Positions 1 to 8,253 of a stretch of 64,000 nt of DNA are shown here, piece by piece. Both the position numbers and the translations under genes were made by a program. Under the pieces are notes generated by a model. That model was not told where the DNA came from and searched no databases. It saw nothing but the letters and a program-made list of their open reading frames with translations. The DNA comes from Actinomycetota bacterium (GTDB taxonomy: Bacteria > Actinomycetota > Geothermincolia > Geothermincolales > RBG-13-55-18). The stretch spans positions 2,966 to 66,965 of the forward strand of contig JACVJK010000001.1 of NCBI GenBank assembly GCA_015711955.1. Direction: 5' to 3'. Numbering within the stretch: the first letter of the stretch is position 1; every line of letters begins with the position of its first letter.

Positions 1-840
1 TATGGTCCCGCCAGAGGGCAGGGGAACTTCCCTTTTCAAGGCCTCCTTTATCTGTTGGTTCACCCTCATGGCCTCGAAGAGGGGTTGAGACCCCTTGTAG
101 AGAACGACACGGTCCGCAAGATCGGGAGAGACCTCCTTCAAGTATTGCCTTATCCTCTTGTACTTGCTTTCCGAATCCACCAACACCCGGTCGAAACTGG
201 AGTCCAGGACATCCCGCATCGCCTTTATCTCTAACTCGGGCTCCAGGTACAGGGGGGAAGGAGCCTTTTTCTTCTGTATATCCCTCTGGATGCCCTTCCA
301 GAGCTTCACCAGGTACTCATAACTCTTTCGCAACTCTTCCTCTTGGGCACCCCGGGCTGCTGTCCTGACTATCAATCCCAACCCGTCTTGACGGATCCTT
401 TCCGCCAAGTCTCGTAGACGCTCCCTCTCGGGGGGCTCAAGTTTCTGGGAAACGCCCACGGTGGGAAGTTGAGGCAGTAGAACCAGGTATCTGCCAGCAA
501 TTGACAAATAAGTGGTGAGGCGGGCCCCCTTCTCCTTCATGGGATCCTTGGTGACCTGTACCACCACCTCCTGCCCGGGCCTAAGCAGCCGGTGGATCTC
601 CGGCCTTCCTCTCCGGTTGCCTTGAGGGATGAAGATATCGCCCACGTAAAGGAGGGCATTGCGCCGGTGACCAATGTCCACGAAGGCCGCCTCCATCCCC
701 GGCAGAACGTTCTGGACCCGCCCTTTGTAGATGTCCCCCACGATGGACCTTCGGTCCTTGTGCTCCACGAAGATCTCCTGGAGCTTTCCTTCCTCCAGCA
801 CTGCCACCCTGGTCTCATCATGATAGGTGGCCACCAGCAT
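1..840 (-). CDS. rng: Ribonuclease G/E family (Rng/CafA-like), N-terminal part; gene continues past the window start
   Basis: The reverse-strand translation from about 840 (ATG) or 899 (TTG) reads ...KKEMLVATYHDETRVAVLEEGKLQEIFVEHKDRRSIVGDIYKGRVQNVLPGMEAAFVDIGHRRNALLYVGDIF...LRPGQEVVVQVTKDPMKEKGARLTTYLSIAGRYLVLLPQ... This is the S1 domain plus the start of the catalytic core typical of RNase G. The listed ORF 537..869 on this strand is in a different frame and is not the real gene. Confidence 0.8.
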   Translation of the reverse strand, partial: MLVATYHDETRVAVLEEGKLQEIFVEHKDRRSIVGDIYKGRVQNVLPGMEAAFVDIGHRRNALLYVGDIFIPQGNRRGRPEIHRLLRPGQEVVVQVTKDPMKEKGARLTTYLSIAGRYLVLLPQLPTVGVSQKLEPPERERLRDLAERIRQDGLGLIVRTAARGAQEEELRKSYEYLVKLWKGIQRDIQKKKAPSPLYLEPELEIKAMRDVLDSSFDRVLVDSESKYKRIRQYLKEVSPDLADRVVLYKGSQPLFEAMRVNQQIKEALKREVPLPSGGTI

Positions 841-899
841 CTCCTTTTTTGCCGGCTCAAGCTTCTCATCGATCCTCTTTCTCTTCCACCACCTTCCGA

Positions 900-1526
900 T
901 CAAAGCTCATCACCTTCCAACTCCCTCAAAACCCTTGCCTTGCCGTCGTAATAGAGGGCTCTCCCTCCCGCGTCCTCCACCGCTTCGTAAAGGGAGGGGT
1001 ATATTCCCACCCGGGTCACCGAGAACCCGTAACTTCCAATCTCCCCGAACCCCAATATCTCCAGGGCCTCTCGCAGCCTTCCCTGTTCCTCACCGGCCAA
1101 GGAGAGCACCAAGTGGATCACTTCACCCTCGCCGAACTCTCCACGCTCCACTCGGTAGAGTCCGTAGCGGGCCCAGCGGGACAACTTGGGTATGTGCATA
1201 GGCATGAGCCTTATCTCCCTGACCTCGAGCCCCCGGGGAAGGGCTTGGTTCATCCTCTCTCGGGCCAACTCCACATCGGCCGGGCCCGCCACTTTGACCT
1301 CCAGGTACTCAGCGAGAGCTTTGACTCCCAAGGGAAGCGCGGGAGAGAAGCTGACCTTGGGTCGGGGGTTGAACCCCTCGCTGAAACATAGCGGCAGTCC
1401 TGATCGGCGAAGAGCCCTCTCCAAAGCTCGCATGGTCTCTCGGTGGGAAAGGAAGGACGCGTCCCCTTCCTTCGAGAACTTCACCAACAACCTGGAGGTC
1501 TGGTCCTTAGACTCCATCCGCGGCAA
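900..1526 (-). CDS. Radical SAM-linked protein, TIGR03936/DUF2344-like
   Basis: 208 aa. N-terminus MPRMESKDQTSRLLVKFSKEGDASFLSHRETMRALERALRRSGLPL...FNPRPKVSF matches the conserved start of the DUF2344 family, which sits beside or fused to TIGR03960 radical SAM proteins. It overlaps the upstream radical SAM stop by about 20 nt. Confidence 0.75.
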   Translation of the reverse strand: MPRMESKDQTSRLLVKFSKEGDASFLSHRETMRALERALRRSGLPLCFSEGFNPRPKVSFSPALPLGVKALAEYLEVKVAGPADVELARERMNQALPRGLEVREIRLMPMHIPKLSRWARYGLYRVERGEFGEGEVIHLVLSLAGEEQGRLREALEILGFGEIGSYGFSVTRVGIYPSLYEAVEDAGGRALYYDGKARVLRELEGDEL

Positions 1527-3549
1527 GACGCAACCTCACCTCCCCTTGACAAGCACCGCACCCGGCGCAGGCATCGAAACGGCAATCCGGAGTGATCTCG
1601 CCCCGTAGGGCCTTCTCGAACTCCGACCAAAGGAAATCCTTTCCCACTCCACAGTCCAAATGATCCCAGGGTAATACCTCGTCCCGATCCCTCTCCCTCT
1701 CCACATACCACGCCATATCCAGACCTTCTTCCCTCACCGACTCCTCCCATCGGGAGAAAGAGAACTGCTCCGTCCAGTTATCGAGGCATCCCCGTCTGGC
1801 CGCCCTGACCACCGCAGGGAAAAGGCGCCGGTCCCCTCGAGCCAGAAGCCCTTCCACGTAGCTCATCTCCCGATCGTGCCAGCGGAATGTGACCCCCTTC
1901 ATTCTCAAGGTCTCCCGCAGGATGAAATGCCTCCTGGCCACTTCCGGGAGAGAGAGCTGGGACACCCACTGGAAAGGGGTATGGGGCTTGGGCACGAAGG
2001 TGGAAATGCTCACCGTGAAATGCATGCCGACAAGGGGCTCCCTGCTTCCCTTCCCCTTGAGTATGCGGCGGAGCATCATCCCTATCTCCTCCACGTCTTC
2101 CTCCCTCTCCCCGGGGAGTCCTATCATGAAGTACAGCTTCACTTTCCTCCAACCTTCGCTGTATGCGGCGTGGAGGGCCCGATAGAGGTCCTCTTCGTCC
2201 ACCCCTTTGTTAATGGAGCGCCGGAGGGATTCCGATGCGGCCTCGGGGGCGAAAGTGAGGCCGGCCCTCCTCACCCGGCGCAACTTGCCCGCCAGCTTCA
2301 CCGAGAAGGTGTCAGTCCTCAGGGAGGGAAGAGAGACGGTAACCTTTAGGGGTTCCATCTCGTCCGCCAAACGACCGGCCAAAGAGTCAATGCGGGTGTA
2401 ATCGGGGCTGTTGAGGGAAGTCAAGGAGATCTCCTCGAAGCCGGTGGAGTCTATCATCTCCCGAGCCATCCTAAGCAAGATCTCCTCGTCTCTTTCCCTG
2501 ACCGGGCGGTAAATGTAACCGGCCTGACAGAAACGGCATCCCCGGGTGCATCCCCGGAAGATTTCCAAACTGGCTCGGTCGTGCACAGATTCCACCAAGG
2601 GCACCAAGGGCCGCCGGGGATAGGGGTAGGAATTCAGGTCGACAAGAACCCTCTTGCGCACCGGTAGCGGGGCTCCCTCCAACGGCTCCACCTCCGCTAG
2701 GGTCCCGTCCTCCCGGTAATGGGGACGGTAAAAGGAGGGAACGTATATCCCTGGAAGCCGGCATAGTTCGCGGAGCAAGCCCTTCCTGTCGCGCGAGGGG
2801 GACTTCTTCCATTCCCTCACTACCTCGGTGATGTCCCCCACCGCCTCCTCGCCATCACCCAAGACTAACAGGTCAAAGGCATCCGCCAAGGGTTCGGGGT
2901 TGAAGGCTCCCGGACCACCTCCCACCACCAAAGGATCCTCAGCCCCTCGCTCCTCACTTCGCAACGGGATACCCGATAGGGCGAAAACCCTCAGCACGTT
3001 GGCGTAATTTAGTTCATGCTGCAAGGTGATGCCCACTAAGTCGAACTCCCGGAGGGGCCTTCGGGTCTCAAGGCCGAAAAGGGGAATTCCCTTATCCCTC
3101 ATGAGATCTTGCATATCCGTCCAAGGGAGGTAGGCCCTGTCAGCCATGGAATCCTCCCTCTCGTTGATGATCTCGTAAAGCACCGCCAGTCCCAGGTGAG
3201 ACATCCCCAGTTCGTAAAGGTCGGGGTAGATGAGAGCCCAGCGGACATGGCTGGAATAAAAGGGCTTGTGAAAGGAATTCACCTCAACTCCCAGATATCT
3301 GCCGGGAGTGGTCACCTTGTGTAAATTTCCGTAGAGGAAATTCTCGATGTTTTCTCCCTTGCCTTTCAAAATAGATCCCGCCTTTCTCTCGGTCCCTCCG
3401 CGAGGCCCGCAAAGATCCGTCCATAAAGAGGATGATAAGGGATTGCAGGCTACCGCGCATCGACCGATTTCAATGGAGCAAACCGGCCTTTTTTGGGCGG
3501 CGGTCCTTGAGCTGGGGATCCCTGCTTTGGGTGGCGCTGACTCAATCAA
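1507..3549 (-). CDS. Radical SAM protein with N-terminal B12-binding-like domain (TIGR03960-like), function unknown
   Basis: CRGCRFCQAG radical-SAM cysteine triad and an upstream Rossmann-like domain (LVVGGGPGAFNPEPL...LVLGDGEEA). The first ATG at 3549 gives a 60-aa extension with no family features. A TTG at about 3369, preceded by a GAAAGGCGGG ribosome-binding site, would give the family-typical start (M)KGKGENIENFLYGNLHKV... Confidence 0.85.
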   Translation of the reverse strand: MIESAPPKAGIPSSRTAAQKRPVCSIEIGRCAVACNPLSSSLWTDLCGPRGGTERKAGSILKGKGENIENFLYGNLHKVTTPGRYLGVEVNSFHKPFYSSHVRWALIYPDLYELGMSHLGLAVLYEIINEREDSMADRAYLPWTDMQDLMRDKGIPLFGLETRRPLREFDLVGITLQHELNYANVLRVFALSGIPLRSEERGAEDPLVVGGGPGAFNPEPLADAFDLLVLGDGEEAVGDITEVVREWKKSPSRDRKGLLRELCRLPGIYVPSFYRPHYREDGTLAEVEPLEGAPLPVRKRVLVDLNSYPYPRRPLVPLVESVHDRASLEIFRGCTRGCRFCQAGYIYRPVRERDEEILLRMAREMIDSTGFEEISLTSLNSPDYTRIDSLAGRLADEMEPLKVTVSLPSLRTDTFSVKLAGKLRRVRRAGLTFAPEAASESLRRSINKGVDEEDLYRALHAAYSEGWRKVKLYFMIGLPGEREEDVEEIGMMLRRILKGKGSREPLVGMHFTVSISTFVPKPHTPFQWVSQLSLPEVARRHFILRETLRMKGVTFRWHDREMSYVEGLLARGDRRLFPAVVRAARRGCLDNWTEQFSFSRWEESVREEGLDMAWYVERERDRDEVLPWDHLDCGVGKDFLWSEFEKALRGEITPDCRFDACAGCGACQGEVRLRLAADGV

Positions 3550-3712
3550 TGGGGATGCCGACTGCCATCGGCTTGTTCATCGGCGCCTACTTTCCCGGCC
3601 CTCATAAGCGGACCCCGTCGAAGGGGGGTCAAGGGAAATGCTCGACGGCTCCCCTCCTAGCCACCCATGCGCCCCTCGGTATAGACGTCGTCGCAGCGAC
3701 AAAACGAAGGGC

Positions 3713-4774
3713 TCAACGATTGCGGAGGAAAACCGGGATGTCCAGCTCTTCGCCCTCGAAGGCCATGGTCTTTTCCGGGGCCACCGGCTCCCTGGCGGTC
3801 TTTCTGGCAGGCTTACCTGGCGCAGTGCCGTATTCGAACCCGGTGGCTATAACGGTCACCTTGAGCTCATCTCCCAGGGAATCGTCGATCACCGCACCGA
3901 AAATTATGTTGGCGTCGGGATCGGCGATGCTGGCGATGATCTCCGCTGCCTCGTTCACTTCGAAAAGTCCCAGGTCGCTCCCTCCCGAGATGTTCAGCAA
4001 GATGCCCTTGGCTCCCTCGATGGACCCTTCCAGAAGCGGGCTGGATATGGCCGCCCGCGCGGCTTCGGAGGCCCTGTTCTCCCCCGAGGCCACCCCAATG
4101 CCCATGAGCGCGGAACCAGCGTTGGACATTATGGTCCTCACATCGGCGAAGTCCAGGTTGATGAGGCCGGGTACTGTGATAAGGTCGGTTATTCCCTGAA
4201 CTCCCTGTCGGAGGATGTCATCGGCCATCTTGAAAGCGTTGAGTATCGACGTCTTCTGTTCCGCCACCTCCAGCAGGCGATCGTTGGGGATGACTATGAG
4301 GGTGTCCACCTTCTCCCTGAGCCTGGCAATACCCTCCTCCGCTTGTTGTGCCCGCTTTCTGCCCTCGAAGGAGAATGGCCTGGTCACCACGCCGATCGTG
4401 AGGGCGCCCATCTCCTTGGCTATCTCGGCCACTATAGGGGAGGCGCCGGTGCCGGTACCACCGCCTTTCCCGGCGGTTATGAATACCATGTCCGCTCCTT
4501 TGATGGCCTCGGCTATGGCGTCCCGGTTTTCCAGGGCCGCTTGCTCGCCCACCTCGGGATTCGAACCGGCACCCAGACCCCGGGTGATGTTTCCTCCTAT
4601 GTACACTTTGACATCGGCGTCCGACATGAGTAGGGCCTGGGCATCGGTGTTTATGGCCACGAACTCCACGCCTTTCAACCCGGATTCGATCATCCGGTTG
4701 ATGGCGTTGGTCCCTCCACCTCCCACGCCTACCACTTTGATAACTGCCAGATAATTAGTGGCTGTCTCCGGCAT
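3713..4774 (-). CDS. ftsZ: Cell division GTPase FtsZ
   Basis: [18 protein letters not shown] glycine-rich tubulin motif and GTPase core. Start placed at the internal Met ([11 protein letters not shown]...), which has a strong AAAGGAGGG ribosome-binding site 7 nt upstream. The listed ORF extends to 4834. Confidence 0.95.
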   Translation of the reverse strand: MPETATNYLAVIKVVGVGGGGTNAINRMIESGLKGVEFVAINTDAQALLMSDADVKVYIGGNITRGLGAGSNPEVGEQAALENRDAIAEAIKGADMVFITAGKGGGTGTGASPIVAEIAKEMGALTIGVVTRPFSFEGRKRAQQAEEGIARLREKVDTLIVIPNDRLLEVAEQKTSILNAFKMADDILRQGVQGITDLITVPGLINLDFADVRTIMSNAGSALMGIGVASGENRASEAARAAISSPLLEGSIEGAKGILLNISGGSDLGLFEVNEAAEIIASIADPDANIIFGAVIDDSLGDELKVTVIATGFEYGTAPGKPARKTAREPVAPEKTMAFEGEELDIPVFLRNR

Positions 4775-4954
4775 CTCACGTCCCTCCTTTATCGATGCCC
4801 CATATCCACGACCCAGGGGGCTTTTATCCCTCATGATCTTCTACCTCCCATTTCTATCTGTTTCTATGTCTTTCCTTCCCTCATCGTCCTTCCTTCACTC
4901 ATCGTCCTCGGCTAGAGGAATGGGTTGAAATAACCGTCTCGATGAGCCTCGCGC

Positions 4955-4994
4955 TCACGTCATGGAGATATGTCACGTCATGGAGATATGACGT
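4955..4994. repeat. Tandem 18-bp direct repeat (TCACGTCATGGAGATATG x2 plus partial third copy ACGT) that also forms the inverted repeat ACGTCAT-N6-ATGACGT, in the ftsZ leader
   Basis: Read directly from the sequence: 4955-4972 and 4973-4990 are identical, followed by ACGT. Confidence 0.7.
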
Positions 4995-5149
4995 TAAGCT
5001 TTTAGGCTCCCGATTCCGCCTTTGTCCTCCTTCCCGAGCGAACTCGGAACCTTGAACGGGAAAACCATCAAAAACATCTTTGCAAACACTTGTATAAAGC
5101 TTAAGTTTATGGTTATACTCTTTATAACAGCATAAACATAAGGTAGTAA

Positions 5150-5195
5150 TTTATGGCAATTATACCATAGGAAAGCGGGAGGGGAAATCTTTCCC
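5150..5195 (-). promoter_or_regulatory. Putative ftsZ promoter with extended -10 (TGgTATAAT on the minus strand) in an AT-rich island
   Basis: Reverse complement of 5154-5170 is CCTATGGTATAATTGCC. The surrounding 5040-5170 is far more AT-rich than the rest of the window. It lies about 380 nt upstream of the ftsZ start. Confidence 0.3.
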
Positions 5196-5234
5196 CCAGA
5201 AGCGAGCCTTGCCTTTTTCGCCCTGGTCTTACCC

Positions 5235-6365
5235 CTACCTATTATCCAAGGGTTTCCATACCGGGTGGTCTGGCAGGCGCACGTCCACGTAATCCAACCT
5301 TATACCCTTTGCGGTTGCGGCCTTCAACGAACCGAGGGCAATGCTTTCCTTCCGCTGAAAGTCACCAGAATCGCCCACGATTACCCTCACGCCGCCGCAA
5401 TCCAGATAAACTCCCCTCTCCTCCCTTCCCACCCTTTCGGCCATGGCGGCGAGACGCGGCATCTTCGTCAAGACCTCCAAGACCTCTCTGTTCTCCGGTT
5501 CCTCCAGCCGTTTCCCGACATAGAGCACGGGCGCGGGGGAAAGTCGGAACTCCACCGCTCCCGTAGGTCGCTCCCCGCAAGCGGCATACACCAAACCCTC
5601 CCGATCCAACAGGAAGAAAAGGCCGTTCTGCTCCACAAAGGCTATGGGTTCCCTCTCCCAGACCTGTATGAGAACCGTGTTGGGGAACCTTCTATTGACC
5701 CTAACATCGCGGATCCGCATATCGGTGAGTATCCTCGCTTCGGCCTCCTCCGTGTTCACCTTCAGCAAGTGACTTCCCTCTTGGATGCCAGAGAGGCTTA
5801 CCAAGTAACCCTTTTCGAGCTGACCGAGACCGATCGTTTCGAAATGGCGGACGACCACCAAGTCACTGAACAAGTAAACCCAAGCCAAGGCGATCACGGA
5901 CGACAAAAAGACCATGCCAAGGGCAAAGCGTTTGCCTTTTCCCGTCACCCCAGGCTGGCGCCCAGTATCACGAGTGCACCGATGAATGCCAAGGGCAAAG
6001 CGTTTGCCTTTTCCCGTCACCCCCCTCCCGATTTGCGCCCTTCGCCCTTTTCGTCCATAGGGAAGGCCGACCCACTGCCTACGAAGTTCTTCGTCTCCGC
6101 CGGGGTTCGCATCCCCGTCTTCGCCTTTCCCTCTCCACACATCGAGGTCCCGCGTCCCGCAGGCCACCGGAGAGGCCCTTGGCATGCCCCAGAGCTCGCG
6201 AGCTTTTATCCTCCGACACCGCGAGGGCAACTTCTTTCCCCTGACCCTCTTGCGGCGAAGGAACTCCTCAATAGAGATCACCCTGTCGTCCGAACCCAGG
6301 TTTCGTCCGAGGTTCGCACCGGGCCTTTCGTTTTTCGCCTTTCTTCCCGTGTCGCGGGCACTCAC
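5235..6365 (-). CDS. ftsQ: Cell division protein FtsQ/DivIB (POTRA domain) with a long basic N-terminal cytoplasmic extension
   Basis: Single transmembrane segment MVFLSSVIALAWVYLFS followed by a POTRA-like region (VRHFETIGLGQLEKGYLVSLSGIQ...). Its position between ddl and ftsZ is the conserved FtsQ slot. The start overlaps the ddl stop by 4 nt. At 376 aa it is longer than typical FtsQ. Confidence 0.8.
   Translation of the reverse strand: MSARDTGRKAKNERPGANLGRNLGSDDRVISIEEFLRRKRVRGKKLPSRCRRIKARELWGMPRASPVACGTRDLDVWRGKGEDGDANPGGDEELRRQWVGLPYGRKGRRAQIGRGVTGKGKRFALGIHRCTRDTGRQPGVTGKGKRFALGMVFLSSVIALAWVYLFSDLVVVRHFETIGLGQLEKGYLVSLSGIQEGSHLLKVNTEEAEARILTDMRIRDVRVNRRFPNTVLIQVWEREPIAFVEQNGLFFLLDREGLVYAACGERPTGAVEFRLSPAPVLYVGKRLEEPENREVLEVLTKMPRLAAMAERVGREERGVYLDCGGVRVIVGDSGDFQRKESIALGSLKAATAKGIRLDYVDVRLPDHPVWKPLDNR
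5914..6023. repeat. Two 38-bp perfect direct repeats (5914-5951 and 5986-6023, offset 72 bp, in frame) inside the ftsQ 5' region; each carries the hairpin GGCAAAGCGTTTGCC
   Basis: ATGCCAAGGGCAAAGCGTTTGCCTTTTCCCGTCACCCC occurs twice. It encodes a duplicated VTGKGKRFALG peptide. Confidence 0.8.
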
Positions 6366-7318
6366 TCGGGTTTCCTCCGGAACAACTTCAAGCGCGCGGA
6401 GGCAAGGATCTCTGACACCACGTCCTCGAAACTAAGCCCTGCCGCTTCCGCAGCCTTGGGCACCAGGCTGAGCTCGGTCATCCCGGGTATGGTGTTAACC
6501 TCAAGGCAGTAGACCTTGCCCGCCTCGTCCATCATGAAATCCACTCTCGACACTCCCTCGCAGCCCAGGGCTCGATGGGCCGAAAGAGCCATTTCCTGAA
6601 GGCTTGTGGCCACATCCTCCGGGAGGGGGGCTGGGACCAGGTAACGCGTCCTCCCGGGAGTGTATTTGCACTGATAGTCGTAAATCGCGTGGGAGGGAAC
6701 GACCTCCAGCACCGGAAGCGGCCGCGGTCGCACCCCCAGGATGCCCACCGTCAACTCCCTTCCCCGGATGAACTCCTCCACCACGATGATCTCGTCGTAT
6801 TCAGCGGCTTCCTCCAGGCCCTTCAACAGTTCATCTCGGTTGCTCGCCACTGTGGTCCCCAGGGTGGACCCCTCCCTGTCGGGTTTGATTATGCAGGGAT
6901 AACCCAACCTCAATTCCACCTCTTCCCATGGCTCAGCGCCTAACTCCATATCAAGAATGGTCCGATGCAGGGTTATCCCTCGAGGGACGGGTATTCCCTT
7001 GGAGGCCAGCGCTTCTTTGGAGGCGCTCTTGCTCATGGCCAAGGAACTAGCCAGCACCCCCGACCCCGTATATGGGAGTCCCAGCAACTCCAGTGCTCCC
7101 TGAACCGTACCGTCCTCTCCCCATCTGCCGTGAAGGCAAATGAACGCCGCGTCCGCCCACCCTTTCAACCCATATATCTGGAGCAAGGCATCTTCCCCCA
7201 TGTCGACCTCTTTGACCTCGTGACCGAGGTTCCTAAGGGCCTTAGCCACCGCTCTACCAGAACGTAGGGATATCTCTCGCTCCATGGAGATTCCCCCCAT
7301 GAGCACCGCTACCTTCAA
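6362..7318 (-). CDS. ddl: D-alanine--D-alanine ligase
   Basis: MKVAVLMGGISMEREISLRSG...LHGRWGEDGTVQGALELLGLPYTGSGVLASSLAMSK, the ATP-grasp Ddl signature. 318 aa. Confidence 0.9.
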   Translation of the reverse strand: MKVAVLMGGISMEREISLRSGRAVAKALRNLGHEVKEVDMGEDALLQIYGLKGWADAAFICLHGRWGEDGTVQGALELLGLPYTGSGVLASSLAMSKSASKEALASKGIPVPRGITLHRTILDMELGAEPWEEVELRLGYPCIIKPDREGSTLGTTVASNRDELLKGLEEAAEYDEIIVVEEFIRGRELTVGILGVRPRPLPVLEVVPSHAIYDYQCKYTPGRTRYLVPAPLPEDVATSLQEMALSAHRALGCEGVSRVDFMMDEAGKVYCLEVNTIPGMTELSLVPKAAEAAGLSFEDVVSEILASARLKLFRRKPE

Positions 7319-8253
7319 AGGTCATCCCCCCACTCGCCCACCAAACGTATCTCCTCCTCCAACAAAACCCCCTCTCTCCTGAAGACCTCCTCTTTGGCCA
7401 ACTCCATGAGGCGCCTCACCTCGGCTGCCGTGGCCCTGCCCTGGTTTATTATGAAATTGGCGTGCTTCTCCGAGATGACGGCATCGCCCACGCTTTTACC
7501 CTTCAATCCACATCTTTCGATGAGTTCTCCGGCACTCATGCCCGGGGGGTTCTTGAACACGCTGCCTGCCGAGGGCCAGCCCAATGGCTGCCTCTCTTTT
7601 CTCCAAAAAAGCGCTTCCTTCCTTCTCTCCTCCAAAAGCTGCGGATCATCTAAGATAAACCTGAACTTAAACTTCAAAAACATCTCATTTCTGTCCAGAT
7701 CACAATCTCTGTATCGCAGGTTTAGCTCATGAGTTCCCTTTTTAAACAAGCCCGATTGGTCGCCGGGTCCCCACCTAACCACCCAAGCTTCCTGCAAGCG
7801 CTCTCCTATCTCTTGCCCAAAGGCTCCCGCGTTCATCCTAACTGCCCCTCCGAGCGAGCCCGGTATGCCGAAAAGCCTCTCTATGCCCCCCAGGCCCCTG
7901 CGCACGGTCTCCCTGACCAATCGGTTCACCGAACATCCAGCCTCAACATCTACTAAATCTTTACTTTCAAATCGCAACCTGCTCAAACCCCGCCCTATCC
8001 TAATCACCAGACCCCTTATCCCTCGATCCGACACCAACAGATTGGAGCCTCGCCCCATCACCAACACCTCGATGTCCTCTTGGGAGAGGATCTCCGTTAA
8101 CCTAAGCAAATCCTCCGTCCCCATGGGTTCCACCAGCAAATCGGCAGGGCCACCGATGCGGAACGTAGTCAGGGCAGCCATGGGCGCGTCCACTCTCACC
8201 CTGCCCTTGATCCGACGGCCGATGGCCTCCGCCAGTTGGTGTTTTCCCTTCAT
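7315..8253 (-). CDS. murB: UDP-N-acetylenolpyruvoylglucosamine reductase
   Basis: FAD-binding N-terminus (TFRIGGPADLLVEPMGTEDLLRL...GRGSNLLVSDRGIRGLVIRIG) and a MurB C-terminal domain. 312 aa. Confidence 0.9.
   Translation of the reverse strand: MKGKHQLAEAIGRRIKGRVRVDAPMAALTTFRIGGPADLLVEPMGTEDLLRLTEILSQEDIEVLVMGRGSNLLVSDRGIRGLVIRIGRGLSRLRFESKDLVDVEAGCSVNRLVRETVRRGLGGIERLFGIPGSLGGAVRMNAGAFGQEIGERLQEAWVVRWGPGDQSGLFKKGTHELNLRYRDCDLDRNEMFLKFKFRFILDDPQLLEERRKEALFWRKERQPLGWPSAGSVFKNPPGMSAGELIERCGLKGKSVGDAVISEKHANFIINQGRATAAEVRRLMELAKEEVFRREGVLLEEEIRLVGEWGDDL

Noticed and set aside
537-869. 110-aa minus-strand ORF from the ORF table at the start of the window
   Set aside because: It is in the wrong frame relative to the clearly recognisable RNase G S1-domain translation on the same strand, and its translation is Arg/Trp-rich junk.
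4955-6023. Tandem repeats considered as a CRISPR array or mobile-element ends (also 32315-32426 and 60440-60744)
   Set aside because: Only two copies each, with no regular repeat-spacer periodicity of a CRISPR array. There is no adjacent cas gene, transposase or integrase, and no target-site duplications. They are interpreted as local duplications or regulatory repeats.
5265-6512. 415-aa plus-strand ORF antisense to ftsQ/ddl. Similar long antisense ORFs occur at 3638..4633 (+), 59145..60929 (+, 594 aa) and 62781..63785 (-).
   Set aside because: They have Arg/Pro/Gly-rich low-complexity translations typical of shadow ORFs in high-GC DNA, and they lie opposite well-supported conserved genes. 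No family motifs.
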